The translations under genes were made by a program, and so were the position numbers. A stretch of 64,000 nucleotides of DNA from Cenococcum geophilum (taxonomy: Eukaryota), in assembly GCA_050273025.1 (NCBI GenBank), contig CP158635.1, positions 15,934,001 to 15,998,000 on the forward strand, given 5' to 3'. A model generated the notes under the pieces. That model was not told the DNA's origin. It did not search any database and saw only the letters and a program-made list of their open reading frames with translations. Numbering within the stretch: the stretch's first letter is position 1; the number at the start of each line of letters is the position of its first letter. Of this stretch, positions 52,074-64,000 are shown one piece after another.

Positions 52074-53153
52074 TACAGCTCTGTGCACAACTAGCTTCAC
52101 CCCCCTGCCGCACCATCATGCCTAACTCGTTCATTTGAGTTTTCTTCTATGAATCTGCTAGCCAGCACAGTCGCAGTTCTTTGGCTACTCGATCCATGTA
52201 CATCTTGCCTACATCTACTCAGATAATTTTCTAGGCTAGAGGTGGCTGGCAATCCTTTCCTTGTACGTCTTTGCCGGGCTGGGGGGGACGGCGGATTCAG
52301 CCCGGTCGAATATTAATATATATAATTAAGATTAACAATTTATGTAGCTATATAATTATCTATTTACCTTCTACTGTATATAACTATCCTATTAGGTATA
52401 GTGTACTATCTATAGGTAAGCTATCTAACCTGCCTAGCCCTACCTGTGTCGAACACTGGTTAAGACAAAGTACTTTACGCTGAAAATCTCGCCCTTGAGC
52501 TTTTCTTGCTTAAAATCCTTGTGTCGCGGTCCATCGTCTGGATCGCCATCCCAAAATTGCCGAGAGATCCCCGGGCAGTGCTGCTAATATTCCTGAAACG
52601 GTAAGATGCCGGGTTGGCGGCGTACGTCCGCCAAGGTCCTCGTCCAGTGCCGGGATACACGCCAGGGAAGAAATACAGCCTACATTATCCCATTCTACGA
52701 TGTGTTGAGATAAAGGGTGAGCGAACGCAGTGCAAGATGCACAATCTCTGAAGATCCGTGGCGTGTTAGTTCGAGATTGCACAGAAGCCACGACGTAAAC
52801 GTTAGCCTGGCGTTTTGATAGAGAGCCTATTTGGTACAAGCATTTCCAAGGCTACGTCAGCAAATGGATAATTAGCGGAAATACGATAAACATAGGAATC
52901 GAAGCCTTCCTATCTTCTATGGAAAGTTTCGTCCGCTACCCTGTGTCGAAAGTAAGACGTTTCGGGATAGTTAGAAAATCGCAGAAATTCGAAGCACTTG
53001 CCATGAGCCTCGCAGTACCAACCAAATCTCGCCCTTATTAGATTTCTTGGTGACAGCACACGCGAGCGGACTCTCAAACTAATGCTTTCCTCTCTTGTGT
53101 CTTCCGGCAACCTTCCTTCTCCATATGCGAGAAGCAGCTCTCGACTCTCTTAA

Positions 53154-56100
53154 CTACCGCAAACTATTCCAGTGTGCCTTCAACATCTGTTGATTGTTTA
53201 CGTTAGCAAATAATAGGCGTAGCAATTAGTCCGTAAACTCACTCGTAATGTCATAGGAAATCCACTGATGGTAACGAAATATTCCTGGTGAAACTTGACA
53301 TCAATCCTGATCGGAACAGAATCTCGCGAGTCCTGTTGCTGGAAAGACAAGTCCATCTTGAGCCGCTCCCCTCCCTGGATAGTAGGCACCGCATATTTCT
53401 TACCCTTGACTTGGAAGCACGAAGTCTCCTCAATAAGCGGCTTATAGGATTTTCTGTCAGATGGAAGACGGCAGCAGATCCAACCTTTGATGATTGATAC
53501 ATCGTCCTGTTGGGTTATAGACTTGAGTTCGAAGAAGTAAAGTGACGCCTTGAGACTATCGGCTAGTACTTCTAGTGAGTCGTCACTGGCCTGGCCGAAA
53601 ACAGGCGTAAAACCTCCTTTAGGGATCTGGTAGTGGAAGGTCGAGAATTTTGCCAATCTTTCCATCCCGTCCACTGCATTGACATCATCAAGTTCTGGCT
53701 CGGTTTCTCCTGGAAAGCGGACATTCAGTCGATTGCATCGATCCAGCATTGGCTGGCTAACGCTCTCCTGGAACTTCTTCCAAGCAGCATCGCCGTTCAT
53801 AGTCTCAATCAGCGTCGTGAACAGATCCGTCAACCAACCGGGAAGAATGAATGTCGATATTGGTCGGCGCTGGGGATTCTGTGCTTGTCCGCAGCCAACG
53901 GAGAGGATCACGTCGGAGACTACATCGGAGCCCCAGATAGTTCTGGCCTCGTTTACCACGATTTGTACTGGGTTGTTTTCCCTCAGCCCTCCGTCCCTGC
54001 ACGCGCTGCCGTCATGCCAAGCTGGCTCAAAATACATTGGAGCAGCGGAGGTACAACGTGCGCTGCATAAAAATCTGAACGTCAGCTGCTTGCACCGAAG
54101 TTGAAAACGGTGGATAAGGAGAAACCACCTACGCGTGCCAAGTGTCAATGTTTGAGTTGAGGTATCGCTTTCCATCTCCCCAATTGTAGTTGGCGAGCAA
54201 ATGGCAGTTGGAATCCACAGTAGTAGTTACTGCAACTCGTGAGGCATTGCTACGATACCCAAACAAGCGCTTTACTCTTAAGATCTCCTTCATAGCCTCT
54301 TCTAGAGGTTCTGTCTTGTAGATCGAATTAACGAATAGTCTCACAAACCATCCGAACCAGTAGCTTTTAGTCAGAAGCCTATCTTCGAAGCCCTTCTTGC
54401 AGAAGGATTTGAACCGCACAATGCAGTGTTCAACGCTGAGATTGTGGATACCAAGGCTAAGCGCGATCAATCCACCTATATAATTCTAAGCAATGAAAAC
54501 CCCGGAAAGGATTGAATTTTACTTGCCAGCGCTGGTCCCTACCATGAGATCAAAAAACTCGCCGAATGGCATGTCAAGGCCAACGAGCTGTTCAAGCCGT
54601 TGAAGGATAGATAGCTGAATGATTCCCTTCACACCGTCACCATCCAGAGAGAGCACGCGGATGCCACTCAGATCTGGACGATACTCAACCCTGTATGGCC
54701 ACATATCCTCCCTCTCGTCCCTTGATGAACAAAGCACGCATTCCTTGTGAATGGCAACGCCGGGATACATTTCCGAGGAGAAGGACTGGTCGAACTCACG
54801 AAGGCAGTCGAAGCAAATGACATGACCACAAGGCAGAGTATACTCCGGACGACCGAAAAGACATGCGTAGCACACACTAGCCTGATCGTAAGACTGGCGC
54901 CGGATATGTGTCCAAACCGCTTCTTGAATAGGACGATCCACCAAGCAGTAAATGACTCCGTCCAGAACGACTGGTCCGGTATGAATTTGAGATGAGATCT
55001 ATGTAATCTAGCAGCATATTGGCGTCTTTCCTCTCTGTTCGAGTCTACATGCTCGTTGATCGCCTTGAGGGTATTAAAGACGGTGCTGTCAATCAATTCC
55101 AGGAATCTGCTACTATCAAAGGCTCCGTCCACGAAGTTCCCCTCCGCTAGGAAAGAGCCTCCTGCTACTTGATGGCCCTTAGCATGCCCAGTCTTGGTGT
55201 TGACGCATTTCTCGCCAGTTTCTGGGTGAATATACGCGCATGGCTGACTGTTACTAAGAAACTGATCCAAGGCTCGACGGCATGTCTCTTTGAGTTCCTT
55301 GTTGAAAACAACGGAAGGATGGAGTAAATCTAACCGGCGGCACATTAGAAGGGATTATTCAATCATATAAAGTAGCTTGTTATTAAGAGTGTTGTCGACT
55401 AACCCGATCCCTCTAACTTGAGTGAATTTCTGACAATACACGGCCCCACAATTGATGCAGCGGCTTCAAAATTATCGTCCACGCTACCATGCATACATCG
55501 GCCCAGAAATTCAGCGAAGTGACCCTCTGCTGACGCTGGGGGCGATATCTGCTGTCGACATTGACTGAAGTCGAAGGGCTCGTCGCTGCCTGATGCGAGA
55601 TGCTTGAACGCGTAGTCGAATACAATGCTTAGTTGTTTCGCGTCAAGCAGAGTCCATGTCTCGGCGCGCTTGGTCTGAACGCGTTTGGCATCTTTTCGGA
55701 TTCGCTGGGCAAGTCGACTAGTTTGTGGAATGATGACACCGGAATTACCGAGGCTCTGGAAGCCATCCAAAGGGATATAATGCACATAAACGCTAGAAAA
55801 GTTCCGCGGCAATAGATCTTTCATGTTTTCGTCACCGTGCTAGTCCATCTCGTTAGACATGATACAATGCAAAATGGAAGCGACGGTTGTCACCTTCTTT
55901 GCCATTTCCCTCAGAGTGGTATTCTCGCTGATCTCCTTCTCGATTGCCGTGAAGAAATCTCTCGTGGCAACATGATGGTCGTCAGAGATCCAGGCTTCGT
56001 TTTCAATAGTAGGGCCGTTGAGAACGATGATCAGTGCTGGCAGGGCACAATGGTTGACTGTATTGTGTGCGCCGACCAGACTCCACTCAAGCAACTTCAC

Positions 56101-56959
56101 CGCCGAATCAGCCCAGGCCTTTTGGTTCCTAGTGATCATGCTGATGACATCGCTGAAGATGTAGAGGAAGCGAGGATAGATGGTCATGACGGCAGTTTTA
56201 CGGTCAATTTGCTTTCCATCCTTAGACTCCAGAAGGTATTTCCTGCCGTCCTTGGACCAGTCTTTCTGATGTTGTGCAGCGGCAGGCTCGCCACCAAGCA
56301 TACCTTCGCAGTCCGCGAAGAAGTGTGGGACTTCGGTACCGAAAGTGCCGGAGTCAAGGTAGAGATTGACTTCACCGGTAGTGGGCAGGCAGACAGATGA
56401 GCCGGATCGGGCTCCTGGCACTGGTGCCTCCAAGTTCTCAATGCGAGTCCGACCTGTTAGCGCTGGAAATCAAGGAACGGACTGTAACGGTATCAGGAAC
56501 AAGCTTATCTTCTTAAGCTTGCGTGATGGTTTTGAAGAGGATCTACATACTCAAGGTGGACTTCCCAGCACCAGTTTCCCCGACAAACGACACGATGCTA
56601 GGAAACTGTCGCCGAGGGCTGTTTTTGTTATGATGCATCGAATCCTCAACCAGGCGCGAGAACCGGAATGTCTCCACGAGTCTTGTCACACGATCTGCCC
56701 CAACTTTGAACCATTTCGTCACTTGGTCTTGCTCGAAATGCGTTACTTTCGAGGTACTGTCAGTCAAGGTTGCGACAGTGCCGGAAATCCAGGCCCAAGC
56801 CTTATCTGTTTTGCTTGTGCCCCCGGGTCTGTGCTTCGGATGGTGAGGGAGATGCTTTGTCGTAAAGCACCCCTCACAGAACCTAGCATCACAGGAGCAC
56901 ATGACAACTCCCGGTAGCTCCTCACACTTTTCGCAGGTTACGATTTCTTCCGTCACCAT
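53154..56959 (-). pseudogene. Zn finger + GBP-like P-loop GTPase + RING-like + patatin phospholipase gene, probably frameshifted
   Basis: Motifs CEKC..CSC...CEGC...H..H; VGETGAGKSTL, FFADCEG; CYACLF....LPCGHVICFDC; LSLDGDGVKG, FDLMVGTSAGG, ARCTSAAP, DGGLRENNP. Five introns. Frame breaks near 56435-56480 and 54880-54945. Confidence 0.7.
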
Positions 56960-57563
56960 TGTGTGTCGAGAATGTCACGAGGCTCGAGGGATTGGCGATG
57001 AATCCAAGATGAAAGAATTCGAGAAGAATGGATAGAATTTCCTCGAGGCTGAGATGATCGGACAAAATGAAGAATAAATGCACCAGGCAATGCCCAGATG
57101 GTAAGTGGATTGAAATATCTGGAAGCTACCGCTTCTGCACATAAATGCGCGAGCTTGATCAATGTGAAACCTGGGCCACACGCAAACCAGCACATAGTTA
57201 GACCTTGCAGCAGGTTCACACCGTCAGTCTATGACCTAAAAATATTGAGCCTGGGCCAATCAAGACCTTGTGATCGTGCTCTTTGCGCAGCTTGCTTCAC
57301 AAGTCTGGCTATTCCATGATGGAATTCTTTAGCTGTAGCCAAGGCAGTCTTTGAGAATGCAAAAATGCCCTAGTGGCGTCCAATGTATTAGGTACAAGGC
57401 TTGATTTTACCATTGGCTATCGAAATAGCGAAGCCCTGGCCCGGAGTGCCGGCAGCCTTGTCGTAGGAGATACTACATCTGTAGTAAATTATAGAGTTTG
57501 TTTTAAAATAAAAGCTATTCAGAGTTCCTTTTTTTTTTCTTTTTAAAAAAAAAGTATATTGTA

Positions 57564-57820
57564 ACGTAGGTGATAGGGTTATGACGGCGATAGGGTTATG
57601 ACGGTCGGCTAATACCGCCTTCCTGATGTAGATGGAACACCAAAATACTGCCAAAATGCCTCAGAAGTAGCCGTTGGGTCGTGCACGCCGTCGGGTCGTG
57701 CACGCCGTCATATCGTGTACGACCCAACGGTCACTTTTAACGCATTTTGGCAGTATTTTGGTGTTCCATCTACATCGGGAAGGTGGTATTAGCCGACCGT
57801 CATAACCCTATCACCTACGT
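57564..57820. mobile_element. Fot1/pogo-type MITE (TA TSD)
   Basis: TA|ACGTAGGTGATAGGGTTATGACGG ... CCGTCATAACCCTATCACCTACGT|TA with long arms. Confidence 0.88.
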
Positions 57821-57842
57821 TAGTTGAAAAGCTTAGAAAATA

Positions 57843-58065
57843 ACAGGTAACGGGGTTTTGACCGCTCCCTGGGTTATGACCGCGCTAGCGTACCGCCTGC
57901 TATTTTAAGTAAAGTTTTGTTCTGCCAAAATTAAAGTAACACATACATTTAAAAGGCGGGTGTCGTGCTAAGGCTTACCTAGGCGTGATAGATATAACTT
58001 AGGTAAAGTTTTGGTGTTCAAAACGGTCATAACCCAGGGAGCGGTCAAAAACCCGTTACCTACGT
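57843..58065. mobile_element. Second Fot1/pogo-type MITE
   Basis: AGGTAACGGGGTTTTGACCGCTCCCTGGGTTATGACCG is inverted at 58023-58065, ending ACGT|TA. Confidence 0.8.
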
Positions 58066-58141
58066 TATGTATTTATAATTAATTAATTAGTTAGGATAGT
58101 ATTATTAAAGCTTTAGATAAAATAAGCTACTATGTATTATC

Positions 58142-58265
58142 TGTCAGGGCACTGAGCAGGCTGATGGAATGATACATATGATACTCTATGAGGAAGAATC
58201 TCAGGGGCTCGAAGGCCCCGAGAAGATATCTACACAATGGCCCGCGCGCTGTCACGTGACACGTC
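58142..58265 (+). repeat. Dispersed repeat, probable partial LTR (see 41203-41340)
   Basis: Direct similarity to 41203-41340, starting TGTCAGGGCA. Confidence 0.7.
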
Positions 58266-58732
58266 GCTGAGCTCAAAGAGACTGCCCAAGTACCCCCCCT
58301 ACCAACATTATCTTTACTACAAAAAACAATTTCATAATTTTATATCTTACCTTGTCTGTCCTATTACAAGTTCTGCCTTTTAGTATTCTCAACAGTTGGG
58401 AAAACTAAATTTGGACTTTCGGAAGCCACATTCCATATCTTGCAGACCTCTTAGTTGTTACAGATTATCCGATAGATTAAGTAAACTACAAGAAGGTTAT
58501 GAAAGTAACAGTAGTAAGGGGTATCCATAAACAAATCCAGCGAAACCCCACGCTATCAGCGGACCACGAGAAAGAGGCATCCAACGCCCCAGTCACATTT
58601 CCATCTAGAGTAATCCTAAACTTCATCCAAATGCGCCATCGCTAAGCTCGCCAACAACGCTAAATAAGGCAATCAAGCAATAGCAATATATCCAAACTAT
58701 GTAGCGCGAATAATCAAAAGGGTGTACAGAAA

Positions 58733-61033
58733 CTATGTGGCCCCACTTGCAACGTGCTCAGAAGATTTATGTACCGGCGGTTCAGATCCGAAACTATAAA
58801 GCCTGACTTGACAATCTTCGCTCCCAGTTGCGAGTTTCGAGTCACTTAATCCAACACAGGTAACCGGTCCTCTATGGCCTGTGAAGGTCCTCTGGTGTGT
58901 CCCAGTCCGCGGATCCCATACTTTAACCATTGCATCTTCGGCTCCAGACACTACCCGCAGCGTATCAGCAGCTAGCGCCCAGATACCCTCGAGATGGCCA
59001 AAGAAAGTATGGATGCTTCGTCCGGTAGGTATATGCCAGAGACGGATCGTGCCGTCGAGTGAGCCAGTGAGCATATACTGTGGAGGAGTTGGACGGCTCG
59101 GGTCGTTCGGGAAAAGAAGTTCGGTCTTAGTATTTGAGTGTGAGTTAAAATGAAGGAGATCCTGGCCTTCGGATTCGCTGCTCGCATCGTCGGATTGATC
59201 GTAGGAAGTATTGTGCACCAGCTCGTCCTCGTCAAGATAGAATTCTGGAGGGAGCAGAAGGACCTGCTGCACTTGCCCCACGTGGCCTTTGAAGATCTTG
59301 AGGCAAAGTTGCGCATCAAGGTCCCATAGCCGAACGGTACAGTCGTCGGAGGCGGAGAATAGGGTGCGGGAGCTCGAATCAATCTTTACCGCATTAACCC
59401 AATCCGTGTGACCACGGAGAGCGAACGTTTTCTGAGTCTGGAAGTTCCATATTCTGATAGTGTGATCCATAGAGCCAGAGGCCAGAATGTTGCCACTCCA
59501 GTGCAAAGAAACGATACCGCTGCGATGGCCAGTGAGAGTCTTTACACACTCGCCGGTTCGCCAATTCCAGACCTTGATCGTCTGGTCAATACTTCCAGTC
59601 AACAAGCGAGTATCATCGAATTGCAGACATCGTATGCCAGCGGTGTGACCTTTGAGCGTCCGCAATTCCATTCCAGTCTCAATATCCCATATTTTCACCG
59701 TGGCATCGTATGAACCAGTGGCTAAGATCTTATCGTCAAATTGCAAACACATAACGCCATCACTATGGCCTTTAAAGATCTTGATCGAGCAACGTCCATA
59801 TTTCCAATTAGTTCCGACTTTAAAACGATCCTTATAAACATCTTTCCAGGGCCGCTTGGTGGGAGGGTCAAAGTAGGAATCCTGATTTTCCTTCGGCGAC
59901 TGAGTACACGCTCGTTTAGCTGAAGCGTCAGGAATAGGTGGTGCGGTAGTCGGAGGACGTTTCTTCCCGGGATGAGCGCTAGAGTATGTTGGACCAACGC
60001 TTGATTCCATATTAGATTGTTCCTCCGTGTCGGATGTGGGTTCTGGGATAGGTGTGATGTTGGGGGACCATTCATTCAATCCTCTACCGGTAGCACGAAG
60101 CTGGATTTGCCTCTTTTCCGTCCTCAGCCTTTTTTGCTCCAGTAATGGCAAGCCCCATCCGCACTTAGTACACTTCCGGTCGATATGCTGCTCACACATC
60201 TTGTGCCATACCACATCATCATCCGCAAGACTTCTCCATCTCTGACTGACTTGTGCAGCCTTGCATAACGATGTAGTATCTAAGTAGCATAAGATCTTGA
60301 ACCCCAGTTCTGGTGGCAGTGCCGTGAGGAAGTCAATCTTGATAAGATCGCGAATGGAGGCGGAGATGAAGGAGAGCTGAGGAAAGCAGCATTGGGTTAG
60401 GATGCCTTGAAGCATGAGGTTTCGGTGCTTTGCAGGGGCGGCGGAGAAGAGCGACCAGACATGAGCAATGCCTTGCTGGTCGGACTGAGAAAGGCTTCCG
60501 AGTTCCTATGGGGCAGTGTCAGTATTGTTGATTGGGAGGAGCTTTGTGCAACTAACATTTTGCAATTGTTCCATTGAGGGTTCATCAGCTTGCCTTCGGC
60601 ACTTTAAGTCCGGGCGATGTCGGTAACAGTATTTTGTATTGGGCTTCTCAGGCGCATTTTGAGGTAGAGGGTTGGAACCAAAAGGATTGTACTGTTGTGG
60701 GATATGCTGAGCAAGAAACGGAGCGACCATTTTCTCAGCTTGCTTCGTGGTGGATTGGCTGAAAAATTTTGCATCCTTTTGCTCGGCCTGCTTATCTGCT
60801 TCCATAGTGCTCGAAGGATGTCTGCTTCTGCTTCCTTCGTGCTCGTGGCCGTGCAAGAGAGCGGAATGAGGATCGGAGGTTATGTCTGTCGTCATGTTTG
60901 AACCACGCTGGGGACGCCAGGACAGTCGTCTTCTCTTCGGATTATGTTGCGCTGGGCGAGGGTTGGTGAATAAGGATTCCGTAGAATGGGACGAAATTTG
61001 ACGCCATGGCTGCGGTCCAGGTTCATTGGGCAT
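58733..61033 (-). CDS. sconB: F-box/WD40 sulfur controller SconB/Scon-2/Met30
   Basis: [34 protein letters not shown]-box [48 protein letters not shown]40 repeats. Intron 60506-60556. Start uncertain (61033 or 60895). Confidence 0.95.
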
Positions 61034-61905
61034 GGAAATGGTGCAACAGTACAAGGCCACCCTATTAAGGCTGTGACCCGGTTCCACGTATGGGAAAGGT
61101 ATGCTGTCGAGATTTGGCGGCGATATGGCGTGCGAGCTGGGTTTATGGAGTTCAGTGCTCGCTCCCTGATGCAGGTGGAGGGGAGGGGTGGTTCCGTCGG
61201 GTCGGGTAGATTTAAGCGGTGAGCACTTAGATGCAACACAGATGTTCGAGATAGGAATTCGGAATGCTACAGAGAGAAATGTTTCTCGTTGAAAGTGAGA
61301 ACAAAGTGGTTTCAAGAAGCTTCTGCAGTGTCGGGCTAGAAGGATGAAGCCGACGCCGGCGGACTTTGATGTTTTTCGCCTCCTCCACAAGCACGCAATC
61401 CGCCCAGCGAATGAACTGCAATTACGCAAAGGTCGCCTCGTCCAGTTTGCTAGCACGTGCCCCGCACTAATTCCTGTGCTGATCAATATTTTTGCAGACA
61501 GAGAAGGCACAAATTCCTCACAGCACTCTCAATTCCCAATTCCCTCATCCTCTCTTGCCGGAATGGGGAGTCGCATTCCTCAATCTGAGCCGTTGTGGTG
61601 GGTCGACCAGGGTGATAATTTAAAAAATCTTGCAGCGACCGCCCTCTGCATTCGGCAGCCGCCTCAGTGTCCCCTGTTTCTGCCAGCCCTACCACTTAGA
61701 GCTCAGATAGCTACCTACGACTACTGCACTTTTGCCATCAACACCACGCGGCTTTCGCCAATATGACCTGGCTGCTTTATAGTCACCGTTTATCTTTTGT
61801 ACATGTTGTCTTTCTCAGGTGATGGCACTCTTATATTATAAATCACTCCTCCTGCTTCACTCCGTAGCCTGACCACATACCATCCGTCAACCCCCCATCC
61901 CAACC

Positions 61906-63471
61906 ATGGCATCGTCTCCCTCTCCAGCTTCCTCTGCCGGTAGCAGCGGTAGTCTCTACAATAGGCAGCCTACTCTAGAGGACCTTGTCAACCACTTCGT
62001 TGCTTCTAAACGGTCCCTTTCCTCCACAACCACCCTCTGGAGAGCCAACGAAATCGCAAATTCTGCTAGGCTGCTGCTCGAAGAGAATGCCATACTTTCG
62101 GCCAAGAATTCTTTCATACGATGCAGTATAGGAGAACAGATTGATGCATTGGAGGCTGTCAGAAGAGGTATTGGATTGGTGGAAGCAGAGGTTAAAACGG
62201 AGTTCAAGGTAAGCCCTGAATCACCATCCTCAAACTACCACCACCATCCCTACCCATATTTTACTTGGACCGGAGGATAGTTCTCAGAACCAGAGTGCTG
62301 ACATGAGAAGAATCTCCTCCACTCCCTCGATACCTCTTTCAGCGGCCTTCAAACTACCCTCACAATTCTCCGCGACACACCAATAGAATCCGTCCTTCAG
62401 CCCCCTAATACTCCACAAAAACACCTCTACGACTTCATTGACTCTGCCACTGTGACGAATCTAAAGGAGTCTCTGCGATCATGTATTGATCGTTACAATG
62501 ACGCTCTCAATACTCTTCATGATAGCACCGACGCTTTCGATGAGTCTCTACAGTCCCTGCACATTGCCGCGACAAATTTACCAGCATCTCCGGCTACGAA
62601 TTCAAGTCCGACACCACTACCAAGTCTATTCCGTGATCTTGAAATCCACGCTACAGAAGCAGCAACATGTTTCCAGTCCCTAGTTCGGCACTACGATCTC
62701 TGCGTCACGGCTCTCAAGCACACAGAAGGAGGTGGAGAGGCTGCATCGCGCGCAACAGACGATATGCCTTCTGCTGAAGGCGGGGAAGGGGCAGGGGTTG
62801 ATCTCTCACTCCAACAGTCCGCCTTCGCGGCACCTCCCGAGCCGCTTACAGAAGCAGAGCGGATCGACATGCTTGCTGTACTGCAAAAAGACGCCGTCGA
62901 GGTAGACGACGTGGTAAACGAGATTCGCGAACGAGGCGCGGAAATGGAGTTTCTTCTCACGTCAATGTCGTCACACATCTCTCTGCTCCGAACCGAGCGG
63001 TCCGCTCTCCTCTCCATCCTCAGTGCGATAGAAAACATTGGTAAAGACACCCGTGTCTACATGTCCGCTGCCCGTGACTTCGTGGTTGCTTGGGACGCCG
63101 AACGCGCAAAGATCACGGAAGGTATTGAAGAGTGGAAGTCTCTCCGCGACTTCTACGAACGCTTTGATGAGGCCTATGCCAATCTGCTAGTTGAAGTTGG
63201 CGAGCGGCGCAGACGGCACGAGAAGGCGAAGCACAAGGCAAGAGAGTCGGAAAAGGAGTTGGAGGAGCTTTATCAAGAGGATGTTCAAGCCAGAGAGGCG
63301 TTCACACTTGCCCAAGGCGACTTTCTACCCTTAGACATATGGCCAAACCTCAGAGATCCACCACGTAGATATGAAATCGTGCCGATTGATAAGGAAGCGA
63401 GCGGGAGCATACCAGACGTTAAAAGAGAGGTGCTAGAAAGGGCGATGCAAAGATTGAGAGGAAGAATGTGA
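61906..63471 (+). CDS. ATG17: Autophagy scaffold Atg17
   Basis: LVNHFVASKRSLSS..LWRANEI, KHLYDFID, SLVRHYDLCVTALKHTEGGG, GDFLPLDIWP. Intron ~62209-62310. Divergent from sconB. Confidence 0.88.
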
Positions 63472-64000
63472 GGTTATTTGGTTTTATGAGGAGTTGGGCA
63501 CGGCCGGTTGGAATAAGCTGGCGTATGATGGGTTTCTGGGCCACATATACCACATTTCGTGTTCTACTTTACGTATTCTTCCTGTCAATGCTTCCTGTTT
63601 ATTTACTGGGTTCTATGGCTTTTATATCGTTAGCTAAGTCCACAAACGGAAGACATAGATGTCTCAGGGCGGGACCGATTTGGTATTAATTCTAGCTCGT
63701 CAGGGCTCTCTTTGTTCCGCATCTAGCACTCCCTGCCCATGTATACTTCCGTATACATGCACAGCGAAGCTATTCGGGGTGCGCCACAGAGGCACTCGCG
63801 GAGGTTAACCGCATAAGCAACACGGCCGCGAGGCTTCACTGTGTGACCTTTGGAGTTTCATCATTCGAGCGGCTTAGCAATGGCGGAGATGATGGAATGA
63901 TTCAGGGATATTTAAATGCATCTATACCTCTTGGTCCCCACGAAATGTCTTTTTTGTAGCTTTTCGTCGCTCGTAAATTCATGCGTTTTCGTGAAAAATA

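Noticed and set aside
60506..61510. 334-aa ORF as a separate gene
   Set aside because: Its 3' part is sconB exon 1; the 5' part has a non-ATG start and is probably UTR.

Overview
Genomic DNA of a filamentous ascomycete: spliceosomal introns, RIP-type TpA-rich repeats and Pezizomycotina genes. Bases 1-18449 form an ~18.4-kb quasi-palindrome. It resolves into two copies of one ~9-kb non-autonomous TIR element. Copy A (49-9044) sits in inverted orientation inside the terminal hairpin of copy B, with an 8-bp TSD (GTCTGGTA/GTCTAGTA). Each copy has hairpin-forming termini, 12-bp tandem arrays and a nest of RIP-destroyed Tad1-like LINE relics. Next come an ankyrin/NLR-repeat relic and a head-to-head gene pair: an apparently active membrane-anchored kinase and a HeLo-like + pseudokinase protein. 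The pair is architecturally reminiscent of RIPK3/MLKL and is the best candidate for an undescribed system. The rest holds a Crh1-type GH16, a Pth11-like membrane protein, SMC3, a prodomain-less metacaspase, IST3/RBMX2, dynein light intermediate chain, sconB/MET30 and ATG17. It also holds a probably frameshifted Zn-finger/GTPase/RING/patatin gene, transcription-factor relics and many MITEs. All calls are by-eye motif recognition; no searches were run.
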